Source: an uncultured Chloroflexia bacterium
GTDB taxonomy: Bacteria; Chloroflexota; Limnocylindria; Limnocylindrales; CSP1-4
DNA length: 64,000 nt
Reading direction: 5' to 3'
NCBI GenBank assembly: GCA_963814315.1
Contig: CAWFCG010000001.1
Span: forward strand, 904,146-968,145
Of the stretch, positions 31,778 through 42,000 are shown one piece after another. The first letter of the stretch is position 1. Every line of letters starts with the position of its first letter. The notes beneath the pieces are model-generated. The model was not told the DNA's origin and made no database searches. It saw only the letters and a list, made by a program, of their open reading frames with translations. A program made the position numbers and the translations under genes.

Positions 31778-33913
31778 CTAGCGCCGCCAGCCCGATCGGC
31801 GCGAGCGTATTTCAGGCTGCTTGTGCTCGCCACCGTCCTCGACATGGCCATTGCCGTCGGTCCCGCGCTCAGCGCCGAAGGGTACGTCGGCCACGACTGT
31901 GTTGGGCCGGCCGATGAGCGCCTGGCGGATGCGACTGGCCTTCTGGTTGTGCAGGAAGCGGTCCCACCAGTGTCGCGGCACGTACTCCGGCAGCACCACG
32001 ATAGTGATGGTGTTGGGCGGCGTCGGCGCCATCACGTCGAGGTAGTGCAGGAACGGCAGCACCAGGGAGCGATAGGGTGTCTCGACGATGACCAGCGGGA
32101 CACCCGGAAGCATGTGCTCCCACTCGCGCCGCAGCTGCTCGGCTGCCTCGGGATCGATGGTGAGATGGACCGCGCGAACATCATCCGACACCGTGCGGCC
32201 GAACTGGACCGAGCGGATGACCGCACGTGAGAGGTTCGGCACCGGGATGATCACGCGGCTGCTCTTGGTAGGTGGACCGTAGACGCGGCTGTGGTCGACT
32301 TCCAGCTCCTTCTCAGCCGTGTCGTACTCGTGGCGGATGAACGACATCACTCCGACCAGCACGGGGATGAGCAAGAGCACGATGAGCGAGGTCGGTGCCT
32401 TGACCACGGCCACGTCGATGGCGACCAGGCCGGTGATGACGGCACCGACGCTGTTGACGGTGAGGCGGCGACGGAAGCCAGGCGGTCGCTCACGCAGCCA
32501 GTGTCGGATCATGCCCGTCTGGCTGATGGTGAAGTCGATGAACACGCCCACGGCATACAGGGGGATCAAGGCGTGCGCCGAGGCACCGAAGACGACGACG
32601 AGGATGCTGGCAAGGATGCCGAGCACCAGGATCCCAGTGGTGAAGGCCAGGCGGTCGCCACGGTAGGCGAAGCGCCGCGGGAAGAAGTTGTCCGATGCCA
32701 GGACGGCCGCCAGGCGAGGAAAGGCGGCAAAGGACGTGTTGGCCGCCAGCATCAGGATGACCGCGGCGAAGGTCAGGAAGAGGTAGAAGCCGATGGAGTC
32801 GAGGCCGAAGACATGGCCGGCCACCTGCGACAGCACCGTGCTGTCCTGGTTGGGCACGACGGCGAAGCCGCTGGCGAGGAAGGTGATGCCGATGAACAGC
32901 GTGGCCAGCAGCACTGCCATCACCGCCAGCGTCGTCGCGGCGTTCTTCGACTCTGGAGGGTCGAAGGAGGGCACGCCGGTGGCGATGGCCTCTGTGCCGG
33001 TCAGGGCCACCGCGCCGGAGGCGAATGCGCGCATGGCCAGCAGGAGGATGGCAAAGCTGGCCATGTCGATCGAGGCGTCCCGCATGCTGGGATAGCTGGC
33101 ACCTTCACCGCCGACGATGATCTGCCACCCTCCCAGGATGATCATGAGCAGTGCAGATCCCACGAAGAGATAGGTGGGGATTGCGAAGATGTTGCCGGCC
33201 TCGCGCACTCCGCGCAGGTTGGCCAGGGTGATGACCGCCACCACGACGACGGCTATCGCCACCTGCCAGGGACCCAGGCTGGGGATGGCGGCGATGATCT
33301 GCTCCGAAGCCGAAGAGATCGACACCGCTACCGTGAGCACGTAGTCAATGAGCAGCGCTGATGCCGCGACGAGCGAGGCTGTGCGGCCGATGTTGGCCTT
33401 TGAGACCGAGTAGGAGCCGCCACCGTTGGGATACGCCACCACGACCTGTCGGTAGCTGATGGCGACGATGCCGAGCAGCAAGGCGATGGTGATGGAGACG
33501 GGCAGGGCCAGGTTCAGCGCCGCCAGGCCGATACCGCCGATCAGCAGTGCCCGCAGGATCTCCTCGGTGGCATAGGCGCTGGAGCTGATGGCGTCGGAGC
33601 TGAAGATGGCCAGGGCCTTCTTCTTGGAGAGACGCTCACCGATCTCCTCGACAGAGGCCAGGGGCCGACCGAAGAACATGCGCCGAGCGCCTGCCACGAA
33701 GCGCCGTCCCGTTTGGACTTCTTCGTGTGCCTTGGGTCGCGCCTGCAGCGCTCCCGATGGCGTGTACCGGAAGTATTCGCTCCGCGTCCGATCGATGCGC
33801 ACACGGCGGTTGCCCGGCTTCTGGCCCGAAAGGCCGCTGGCCTTGGCTGTGCGTGGCGCCTTGTCAGGATCGGAAGGTGGGCGCTGGCCGCCCTCGTCGG
33901 TCGTCATGGGCAT
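31778..33913 (-). CDS. KimA/YdaO-like APC-superfamily K+ transporter
   Basis: FSSDAISSSAYATEE, YPNGGGSY, DYVLTVAVS, NLRGVREAG, LTGTEAI, LIPLYAVGVF, cytoplasmic WW..LHNQ domain. Confidence 0.88.
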   Translation of the reverse strand: MPMTTDEGGQRPPSDPDKAPRTAKASGLSGQKPGNRRVRIDRTRSEYFRYTPSGALQARPKAHEEVQTGRRFVAGARRMFFGRPLASVEEIGERLSKKKALAIFSSDAISSSAYATEEILRALLIGGIGLAALNLALPVSITIALLLGIVAISYRQVVVAYPNGGGSYSVSKANIGRTASLVAASALLIDYVLTVAVSISSASEQIIAAIPSLGPWQVAIAVVVVAVITLANLRGVREAGNIFAIPTYLFVGSALLMIILGGWQIIVGGEGASYPSMRDASIDMASFAILLLAMRAFASGAVALTGTEAIATGVPSFDPPESKNAATTLAVMAVLLATLFIGITFLASGFAVVPNQDSTVLSQVAGHVFGLDSIGFYLFLTFAAVILMLAANTSFAAFPRLAAVLASDNFFPRRFAYRGDRLAFTTGILVLGILASILVVVFGASAHALIPLYAVGVFIDFTISQTGMIRHWLRERPPGFRRRLTVNSVGAVITGLVAIDVAVVKAPTSLIVLLLIPVLVGVMSFIRHEYDTAEKELEVDHSRVYGPPTKSSRVIIPVPNLSRAVIRSVQFGRTVSDDVRAVHLTIDPEAAEQLRREWEHMLPGVPLVIVETPYRSLVLPFLHYLDVMAPTPPNTITIVVLPEYVPRHWWDRFLHNQKASRIRQALIGRPNTVVADVPFGAERGTDGNGHVEDGGEHKQPEIRSRRSGWRR

Positions 33914-34086
33914 CGGGAGGCCACTGTCGCGGCCAGGTCGCACGCGCCCCGGACCAAGCCGCCGTGCGCGTTCACAGGTTCCTCGTCAGGATAGGCACAG
34001 CGCTCAGGGACCGATGGGTCGAATGCGTTGGGCCAGCTTTCGGTGTGGCAAGTATGCCGTGGTCTGCGGACGAGGGCATGACGCGA

Positions 34087-34809
34087 TCAGACGCCCGTCT
34101 TGAGTCGATCGGCCAGTCGACCTGGCAGGGGCAGGCGACGGATGGCCGCTTGCGTCCGCTCGATGTCGTAGTCCACGCGCAGCCAGGCGACCTCCGCCGA
34201 CTCCGTGTCGATGGTCATGGCGCAGGCGCGTGGGTCGCTATCTCGCGGCTGCCCCACCGAACCGGGGTTCAGGATGCAGCGGCGCGCGTCGAGCGTGAGT
34301 CGTCCGCCGTCCTTGGCGAACAGCGCCTCGACCTGGCCGTCGTCGTCTCGGAAGGTGAGCTGGTGATGCGTGTGACCGACGACGCAATAGGGTGTTTCGA
34401 AGGCGGCCAGGTTGATACGAGCGGCGGGGACTGAGAAGAGGTATTCCCAAAGCGGATCCCGCGGGCTGCCGTGGACCAGCGTAAAGTCGCCCTCCACGCG
34501 CCTATCGGGAAGCCCCGCCAGCCAATCGAGGTTGCGCTGCTGCATCGTCTCTGCGGTCCACACCACGGCCGCCCGGGCCAGGTCGTTGAAGGCGCCCAGC
34601 GGTAGGCGGCCGAGCACTGCGGCATCGTGGTTGCCCTGCACGGCTACGGCATCTTCGGAGCGCAAGCGTTCCACGACCTCATCGGGATGTGGGCCATAGC
34701 CCACGATGTCGCCCAGGACCCACAGGCGGTCGCGGCCAGCCACGGCCCGGAGGACGGCCTCAAGGGCGGGCAGATTGGCGTGGATGTCGGAGACCACCGC
34801 GATGTGCAT
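34087..34809 (-). CDS. Metallophosphoesterase (calcineurin-like)
   Basis: SDIHAN, LGDIVGYG, GNHD, HGSP, GHTH, NPGSVGQPRD. Confidence 0.92.
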   Translation of the reverse strand: MHIAVVSDIHANLPALEAVLRAVAGRDRLWVLGDIVGYGPHPDEVVERLRSEDAVAVQGNHDAAVLGRLPLGAFNDLARAAVVWTAETMQQRNLDWLAGLPDRRVEGDFTLVHGSPRDPLWEYLFSVPAARINLAAFETPYCVVGHTHHQLTFRDDDGQVEALFAKDGGRLTLDARRCILNPGSVGQPRDSDPRACAMTIDTESAEVAWLRVDYDIERTQAAIRRLPLPGRLADRLKTGV

Positions 34810-34864
34810 CGGCGCGAGGGTAGCAGGGCCCGGTGCGCCGGAGCAGCTTCACGCCGGAGCAGCT

Positions 34865-35732
34865 TCAGGTCTTGCGGCGCTTGCGCATGCCTGCCGGGCG
34901 CGGGTAAGCCGAGGGCGTGGGCCGTTCCTTGGAGACGAAGACCAGGCGATGGCCGGGCAGTGTCACCGCGTCCACCGTCACGACCTCCGGCCGGCCGCCT
35001 CCGGTCGCGCGGATGATGGAGCCGGCGTCACGCAACTCGGCGCGTAGACCGCCTCGCTCCACTTCTCGTTTCCAGGCCACGACCACGCCACCCACCCTGG
35101 TCAGTGGCAGGCCCAGCTCGATGACCTCTGCCAGCGAGCCGACGGCGCGGGCGACGACGAGATCCCACGCGCCTCGATGGTCGGCCTCCTCCGCCAGGTC
35201 CTCGGCGCGCTCGGCGATGGCCTCGATCAGCGGGGCGTCGGTGCCGTTCGCCTCGCTTTCCTCGTCGGCGCCGTCCGTGGCAAGGATGGCGGCGACAGCC
35301 GCCCCCGCCACGCTCAGGAAGCGCGCCTTCTTGCCCACCGAATCCAGCAGTCCAACCCGCGACAGGGACAGCGCTGCCGCCAGGGGCAGGCCGGGATAAC
35401 CACCACCCGACCCGAGGTCGAGGAGGGTCGCCCGCGGCCGCACCATCTGCGAGATCTTGTCTCACTGCGCTGAGGGAGTCGCAGGTATGGCGGCGCGCGA
35501 TGTCGGCCGGCTCGCGGATGGCGGTGAGGTTGATGGCGGCATTCCAGTCACGCAGCAATCGCGCGTGCGCCTCGTAGCTGCGCCTCGCCCCTGGCCTCGC
35601 AGCCGGTGTACCCAGCAATCCCAACTCGCGCAGACCTTCGGCGATGGTCTCGTCGAAAGCGTCGCCCATGGCTGCCAAGGTGTGAGGATCGGTCGGCAGC
35701 TCGCGACGCACGACAGCGTTAGGTTCGCTCAC
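34865..35732 (-). pseudogene. rsmG: 16S rRNA m7G527 methyltransferase RsmG (GidB), interrupted by a +1 frameshift near 35462
   Basis: N-terminal WNAAINLTAI..H..DSL in one frame; LDLGSGGGYPG, RAE, VARAVG, YPR in another; removing one base at 35462 joins them. Confidence 0.8.
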
Positions 35733-36042
35733 GTTTCGGGCCCGCCCGGGGTCAGGCATCGTGGCGGCAAGGAAAGGCGCCGGAAGCGACCCTCCTCATG
35801 GCCGGCTCGCGGTCGTCGTCGCGAACCTGAAACCCGGGCCAAAGCCGCTTCCGGCGCTGGAACGTTCCTCACACCTGTTGGCGTTTCTGTCTTCCGAAAC
35901 CCGGACGGTCGTCGCGTGCGAATCCCTCCGCACATCGCCACGGGTGGCGTTACCGTACTTCGCCACTGCGCGACACCACCTAGGGCACCGCGTGGTGCAG
36001 GAGGGGCAGTGTCCCCAACGAGTGGAGGGGCCGTCAAGCCGG

Positions 36043-36125
36043 TTATCCACCAACAGCGGTGCACGGGCGCACCGCTGTGGATAAACGTGCTCGATTCGTG
36101 GAAAAGCGGCCCCCGAAGTGGATAG
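36043..36125. promoter_or_regulatory. Cluster of DnaA-box-like sites
   Basis: TTATCCACC at 36043, perfect TGTGGATAA at 36076, CGTGGAAAA at 36097, AGTGGATAG at 36117. Confidence 0.55.
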
Positions 36126-36138
36126 TCCACCGTCGCGC

Positions 36139-36495
36139 CTAGGTTTCCGGCCCGGACCGGCTCGCGCGTGCTGGTCGGCCCAGGCTTCGGCGAACGACCT
36201 CCATGACCTCATCGGTGAGGACCTCCGCGTCCCCGCGCTTGGCCGCTGCCGTGACGCAACCGTGGACATGGTCCTCCATCAGCAGCATCGAAACCGAGTC
36301 GATGGCGGCGCGTAGCGCGGCTGTCTGTTGCAGGACGTCGACGCAGTCTTCATCACGCTCGATCATGCGTGCCACGCCGCGGACCTGTCCTTCCATGCGT
36401 GCCAGCCGTCTCAGTACTTGCTCGCGTGAGCCGCTATACGGTCGCGGAGGTCGGGCCTGTCGTCGCCTGACGCCGCCGGGGGTCGTGGCCACCAT
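36139..36495 (-). CDS. CsoR/RcnR-family metal-sensing repressor
   Basis: RLARMEGQVRGV..DCVDVLQQ..HVHGC (C-H-C fingerprint). Confidence 0.9.
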   Translation of the reverse strand: MVATTPGGVRRRQARPPRPYSGSREQVLRRLARMEGQVRGVARMIERDEDCVDVLQQTAALRAAIDSVSMLLMEDHVHGCVTAAAKRGDAEVLTDEVMEVVRRSLGRPARASRSGPET

Positions 36496-36564
36496 GCCTC
36501 CTGCTTGTCCGGGGATACTGGGTGGGAGTATATCCGCTCCTGGCCACCCTGCCGGCGAGGCCCG

Positions 36565-36983
36565 TCAGGGGGCTGGCGGCTTCTCCGCCAGCAATTCAAG
36601 GACACCCCAGGTCACGATGACCATGCCCGCGATCGCCAGCCACAGGCCGGGCGCGTCGAGCGGTGTGAGGCTGTACTCCTCCTCGCCACCGATCAGGTCG
36701 ATGGCCGCGGCGAGGAAACCCAAAACGCCGACCAGCAGCAGAACGACGTAGGTGGGGCCACGGTCGACGGCCAACTGCCGGCTCTTGGTGGTGTAAGGCA
36801 ACAGGATGGTCAGGAGCATGAGCATGGCGGCGACGAACATGATCCAACCGGGTCCCGCGAAGCCCCACGCCGTTCGTACCTCCAGCACGACACCCCCAGC
36901 CTTCTGCCAACTGAGGGGCATGGCGACGATTGCGACGATGGCGCCGATAGCGATCAGCGTTCGTCCGCGCCCCAGTCCCCGCC

Positions 36984-36987
<4 letters not shown>
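36565..36987 (-). CDS. Hypothetical 4-TM membrane protein
   Basis: Four hydrophobic segments; start overlaps the hpt stop (GTGA). Confidence 0.7.
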
Positions 36988-37541
<554 letters not shown>

Positions 37542-37589
37542 AGGCTCCGCCCTCCTTGTGGTCTTGCAAGATGGTCGCTCCGCGAGAGA

Positions 37590-38015
37590 TCAATCACTGA
37601 GTTGGGCTGCCGCTGCGGTCAGCGCCGGCGCAGCCACCGGGACGCGTTTGGGCGGTGGCTGGCCCTCGATGCCGATGAGCGAGGCAGCTGCGTCGAGCCG
37701 ACCGTACTTCAGCATCAGCGCCTTGAAGTCCCGGGCGTAGAACAGCTTGATGCGGATCATCGGATAGAGCTCGCGCAAGTGGCGCAGCTTGCGGTTCTTC
37801 TTGCGCACCAGGCTCTGCTTGAGTGTGGTCAGCTCCAGGTAAAGGTCGAGGTCAGGCAGGTAGAAGTCAGGCGAGAACGACTCGACCACCATGCCATCGC
37901 TGTTCCAGCGGATGGGAAACGTGTGCGGCTCGTAGCGCCACTCGACCTTGTAGTAGTCAAGGATGCGCGCCAGCTCGGCCTCGCTGGCGTGCGCGAAACG
38001 GGGCGATCCGCTCAA
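37590..38015 (-). CDS. Hypothetical protein with PD-(D/E)xK-like nuclease motif
   Basis: SE..WRYEP..FSPDFYLPDLDLYLELTT. Confidence 0.7.
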   Translation of the reverse strand: MSGSPRFAHASEAELARILDYYKVEWRYEPHTFPIRWNSDGMVVESFSPDFYLPDLDLYLELTTLKQSLVRKKNRKLRHLRELYPMIRIKLFYARDFKALMLKYGRLDAAASLIGIEGQPPPKRVPVAAPALTAAAAQLSD

Positions 38016-38371
38016 CGTGCCTGCCCGGCGAAGCGGGCCAGGAGCTGGTGGACGTCACCGTCGAATCCGGCCAGCAACTCGTGTGTGTCAAGGACGTCAT
38101 CCGCGCTGACCGGTGAACCATCTCCCGAGCCGCCAGCGACATCGGTGGACGCCCGCACCAGATCACCGCCCTCCAACGTGGCCTTGTCGCCGTCGATCTG
38201 GATGGTCACGATGGCCACGGCCTGGGAGCCACAGTGATCGCATGAGAGGTCGATGAAGAACAGCTCTTCGCGTTGGGCCATGAGTTGGATGTGTCCCTGA
38301 CCGTAGGCCTGTCCGCACGCGGCACAGCCGAAGGCTGCCAACTCGCTCGTCAACCAGCGCTCAGCGTCCAT
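38012..38371 (-). CDS. Hypothetical zinc-ribbon protein
   Basis: CAAC...CDHC; ATG at 38371; stop overlaps the next gene's TTG start. Confidence 0.7.
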   Translation of the reverse strand: MDAERWLTSELAAFGCAACGQAYGQGHIQLMAQREELFFIDLSCDHCGSQAVAIVTIQIDGDKATLEGGDLVRASTDVAGGSGDGSPVSADDVLDTHELLAGFDGDVHQLLARFAGQAR

Positions 38372-38553
38372 GTCCCCAGTGTACGGCGCGTGTGGTGCCG
38401 ACACGTTGCGCCGGTGTTCCATTCCGGAAACGAAACGCGGTCTGGGTCCGCGAGCGCTTGCAACGCGTGGTACAACGGGGCCACCCAACGCGGCATGGGG
38501 CGACCCAGGAGCCGCACGGAGTACATCGAATCAGCAGGGGAGGATCAGAGTCC

Positions 38554-39459
38554 ATGGGCTTGAACCACAAGCGAGCCATCGTCGTGTCCGCGGCAGCGCT
38601 GTTGGCCTTGTCCGCCGCGGCACCCGTCGTGGCGCAGGACAGCGAGCAGGACATGCTCGCGCGCATCCAGGAAGCGGGCGTCATCCGCATGTCCACCGAC
38701 CCGGCTTATCCGCCGCAGTCCGAGCTCGTCAACGGCGAGATCGTCGGCTTCGATGTCGACGTCGGGCGTGAGATCGCGACACGTCTCGGTGTCGATCTGG
38801 CGCTGGAGACGCCCGACTGGGCACTCGTCTCGGCCGGCTCATGGGGTGACCGCTGGGACTTCAGCGTGGGCTCCATGACCATCACCAGCAAGCGCCAGGA
38901 GGCGCTTGACTTCACGCAGCCCTACTACTACACCCCTGCCCAGGTGGCCGCGCACGCGGACGCCGGCATCGATACCATCGACGACCTGGCCGGCAAGACC
39001 ATCTGCGTGGGCGAGGCCACGACGTACCTTGAGTGGCTCAACGGCACGCTCGACTTCGGCACCGAGACCCCCGATGCGGTCCCGCCCGAGGGGGCCACTG
39101 TCGTGACCCGTACCACCGACCGCGACTGCGCCCAGGAATGGGGCCTCGGTCGCATGGACTACGAGGGCTGGGTGACCTCCGCTACCGTGGTCGATGACGC
39201 CATCGCCGACGGCATCCCCGTGGTGAAGCTGGGTGATCCCGTCTACTACGAGCCGCTGGCCGTGGCCTTCGACATCAACGTCGAGGACAACGACTCGCTG
39301 GTGGCCGCCGTGGACGCCATCGTCGGCGAGATGCACGCAGACGGCACGCTCAGCGAGTTGAGCCTGAAGTGGTTCGGCGAGGATCTCACCATGAAGGTCG
39401 GCGCAGCTGCCGACGATGCGATGCCAGAGGACGGGACGTCCGCAGAGGATGGGGAGTAG
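38554..39459 (+). CDS. Polar amino-acid ABC transporter substrate-binding protein
   Basis: Signal peptide, AYPP, VGFDVD, SMTIT..R, FTQPYY, DGTL..LS.KWFG; ATG at 38554. Confidence 0.92.
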   Translation: MGLNHKRAIVVSAAALLALSAAAPVVAQDSEQDMLARIQEAGVIRMSTDPAYPPQSELVNGEIVGFDVDVGREIATRLGVDLALETPDWALVSAGSWGDRWDFSVGSMTITSKRQEALDFTQPYYYTPAQVAAHADAGIDTIDDLAGKTICVGEATTYLEWLNGTLDFGTETPDAVPPEGATVVTRTTDRDCAQEWGLGRMDYEGWVTSATVVDDAIADGIPVVKLGDPVYYEPLAVAFDINVEDNDSLVAAVDAIVGEMHADGTLSELSLKWFGEDLTMKVGAAADDAMPEDGTSAEDGE

Positions 39460-39480
39460 TCCTTATCCGCTCCCTCGACC

Positions 39481-39512
39481 GGCGATGGGGACGCTTCGGC
39501 GTCTCCATCGCC
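39481..39512 (+). other. 14-bp stem with UUCG loop after the SBP gene (likely mRNA-stabilising or attenuating hairpin)
   Basis: GGCGATGGGGACGC-TTCG-GCGTCTCCATCGCC. Confidence 0.6.
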
Positions 39513-39576
39513 TGACCGTTCCGGTGTCCGGGATGCTTGAGGGTCTGGTCAGTCACACATCGCACGGCGTCTCCAC

Positions 39577-40381
39577 ATGACCGTCGCCCACGACCCCATC
39601 GTCTCCGAGAATCCTGCGGGCCGATTCGCGTCGGCGACTGCGCTTCCGCGCGGCCTTCGCGGTCACGTGGATCCTGTTCATCGGGATGTTCGCAGTGTGG
39701 CTGCTGTCGATCCCCCGTGTCGAACCCGAGTTCATCCGCGCCCAGATGGCCTACGTCCTGGCCGGCGTGCCCATGACGGTGATCGTTTCGGTCGCGTCGA
39801 TCTTGCTCGCCATCGTCTTCGCGCTCCTCGGGGCCATCGGCCGCATCTCCCCGGTCGCTCCCATCTACGCCTCGGCATCGCTCTACGTCTCGCTCGTCCG
39901 CGGCACCCCGCTCATCGTCCAGATCCTGTTCTTCTACTTGGCTCTGCCCCAACTCATCCCCGAGGCTGCCCAGATCCCCGGGCTGGTCATTGGCACCTTC
40001 GCGCTGGCCTTCAACTACGGCGCCTATATGACCGAGATCTTCCGCGCCGGTATCCAGGCCGTGCCCCACGGGCAGCGCGAGGCGGCCATGGCGCTGGGTA
40101 TGGGCGAGCGCCGCATCATGAGCAAGATCGTGTTGCCGCAGGCCGTGCGCATCGTCACGCCCGCCATCGGCAACGAGTTCATCGCCATGGTCAAGGACTC
40201 CGCGCTGGTCGCGTTCATCGGCGTGCAGGAGCTGCTGTGGCGGGCCAAGACGCTCGGCGCGGCCAACTTCCGCACCCTGGAGATGCTCATCCTCGCGGCG
40301 ACGGTGTACTGGATGCTGACGCTCATCCTGACCTTCTTCCAGGACCGCCTGGAGAAGCGCATGGCACGAGGTGATCGCTGA
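39577..40381 (+). CDS. Polar amino-acid ABC permease (apparent +1 frameshift near 39610)
   Basis: RGTPLIVQ, AYMTEIFRAGI..GQREAAMALG, KDSAL; N-terminus MTVAHDPIVSE joins ILRADSRRRLRF if one A is removed. Confidence 0.88.
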
Positions 40382-41274
40382 TGGTGGCGCTGGGCGAGGT
40401 CGTCCTGGAGGCGACCGATATCGAGAAGTACTTCGGTGACCACCATGTGCTGCATGGCGTCAGCCTGGCCGTGCGCCGGCACGAGACGGTGATGCTCATC
40501 GGCCGCTCCGGCTCCGGCAAGACCACCTTCCTGCGCTGCCTGAACTTCCTCGAGGAGCCCACCAAGGGCAGCGTGGCCATGGGCAGCCTGCACATCGAGG
40601 CGGACCCGCTGCAGAAACGCCGACGGCAGCGGCGGGGTGACATCCGCCAGCTGCGCCAGCAGACCGGCATGGTCTTCCAGGAGTTCAACCTCTTCCCGCA
40701 CATGAACGTGCTGGACAACTGCATCGAGGCCCCCACGCACGTCAAGGGTGTCAGTCGCGACGAGGCGGTCGCGACCGCTGAACGCTACCTCGACAAGGTG
40801 CAGCTGCTCGACAAGCGCGACGAGTTTCCCGACCGCATGTCCGGTGGCCAGAAGCAGCGCGCTGCCATCGCTCGCGCACTGTGCATGGAGCCTGAGGTGC
40901 TGCTCTTCGATGAGCCCACCAGCGCGCTCGATCCCGAGCTCATCGGCGAGGTCATCGTGGTCATGGAGCAGCTCGCACACGAGGGCTCCACGATGATCGT
41001 GGTCAGCCATGAGATGGCCTTCGCGCGGGAGGCTGCCGACCGCGTGCTCTACCTCGAGGATGGCCTGATCGTGGAGGAGGGTCCGCCCGAGCAGGTGCTC
41101 GATGATCCCCAGGAAGAGGCCACCAAGCTGTTCTTGCACCGTTTCCTCAGCGAGGGCGCCAGGGCGCCTACCGTGGCCGACCCGGCGCCGCCATCACCGC
41201 TGATGGGTATCCCTGGTGGGGGTAGCTCTGCTCACGACGTCAGTGGTCGCACACGTGGGGGTTTGCCCAAGTGA
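40381..41274 (+). CDS. Polar amino-acid ABC ATP-binding protein (GlnQ-like)
   Basis: GRSGSGKT, VFQEFNLFPH, MSGGQKQR, FDEPTSALDPE. Confidence 0.93.
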   Translation: MVALGEVVLEATDIEKYFGDHHVLHGVSLAVRRHETVMLIGRSGSGKTTFLRCLNFLEEPTKGSVAMGSLHIEADPLQKRRRQRRGDIRQLRQQTGMVFQEFNLFPHMNVLDNCIEAPTHVKGVSRDEAVATAERYLDKVQLLDKRDEFPDRMSGGQKQRAAIARALCMEPEVLLFDEPTSALDPELIGEVIVVMEQLAHEGSTMIVVSHEMAFAREAADRVLYLEDGLIVEEGPPEQVLDDPQEEATKLFLHRFLSEGARAPTVADPAPPSPLMGIPGGGSSAHDVSGRTRGGLPK

Positions 41275-41284
41275 CGAGTCGGCG

Positions 41285-41998
41285 CTAGATCTCCCCCAGG
41301 TAGGAGCGGCGCACGTCCTCGTTGGCGGCCAGGCCGGCGGCCGAGTCAGACAGGATGATGCGGCCGGTCTGGAGCACGTAGCCGCGATGCGCGATGGTCA
41401 ATGCCGTGGCCGCATTCTGTTCGACCAGGAGGATGGCGGCACCCTCAGCATGGATGCGCTCGATGGTCTCGAAGATGTACTCGACAAGATTTGGCGCAAG
41501 GCCCATGGAGGGCTCGTCGAGGAGCAGGATCCGCGGCTTGGTCATGAGTGCCCGGCCCATCGCCAACATCTGCTGCTCGCCACCCGAAAGCGTGCCTGCG
41601 ATCTGCTTGCGCCGCTCCTTGAGGCGCGGGAACATGGCGTAGGCGTTGGCGACACCCTCGGCGACGAGCTTGTCATCGTCGACGGTGTAGGCACCCATCA
41701 GGAGGTTCTCCTCGACGGTGAGCTGCGCGAAGATCCGTCGCCCCTCGGGGACCTGGACCACGCCGCGCGTCACCACCTGATGCGGCGCCACGTGCGTGAG
41801 ATCCTCGCCGTCGAGCGTGATGCTGCCAGACTTCGGAACGAGCACGCTGCTGATGGTATTGAGCGTGGTGGTCTTGCCGGCGCCGTTGGCACCGATGAGC
41901 GTGACGATCTCGCCCTCTCCGACGGTCAGCGAGACCCCGCGCAGGGCGTGGATCTTGCCGTAGTAGGTGTGCAGGTCGTTGATCTCGAGCAGGGCCAT
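41285..41998 (-). CDS. livF: Branched-chain amino-acid ABC ATP-binding protein
   Basis: GANGAGKT, VPEGRRIF, LSGGEQQMLA, DEPSMGLAP, VEQN. Confidence 0.93.
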   Translation of the reverse strand: MALLEINDLHTYYGKIHALRGVSLTVGEGEIVTLIGANGAGKTTTLNTISSVLVPKSGSITLDGEDLTHVAPHQVVTRGVVQVPEGRRIFAQLTVEENLLMGAYTVDDDKLVAEGVANAYAMFPRLKERRKQIAGTLSGGEQQMLAMGRALMTKPRILLLDEPSMGLAPNLVEYIFETIERIHAEGAAILLVEQNAATALTIAHRGYVLQTGRIILSDSAAGLAANEDVRRSYLGEI

Positions 41999-42000
41999 CG

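Noticed and set aside
33914-34086. c-di-AMP (ydaO) riboswitch or hammerhead ribozyme upstream of the kimA-like gene
   Set aside because: ydaO conserved motifs are not found. CTGACGA and GAAA occur on the minus strand, but stem II cannot form convincingly.
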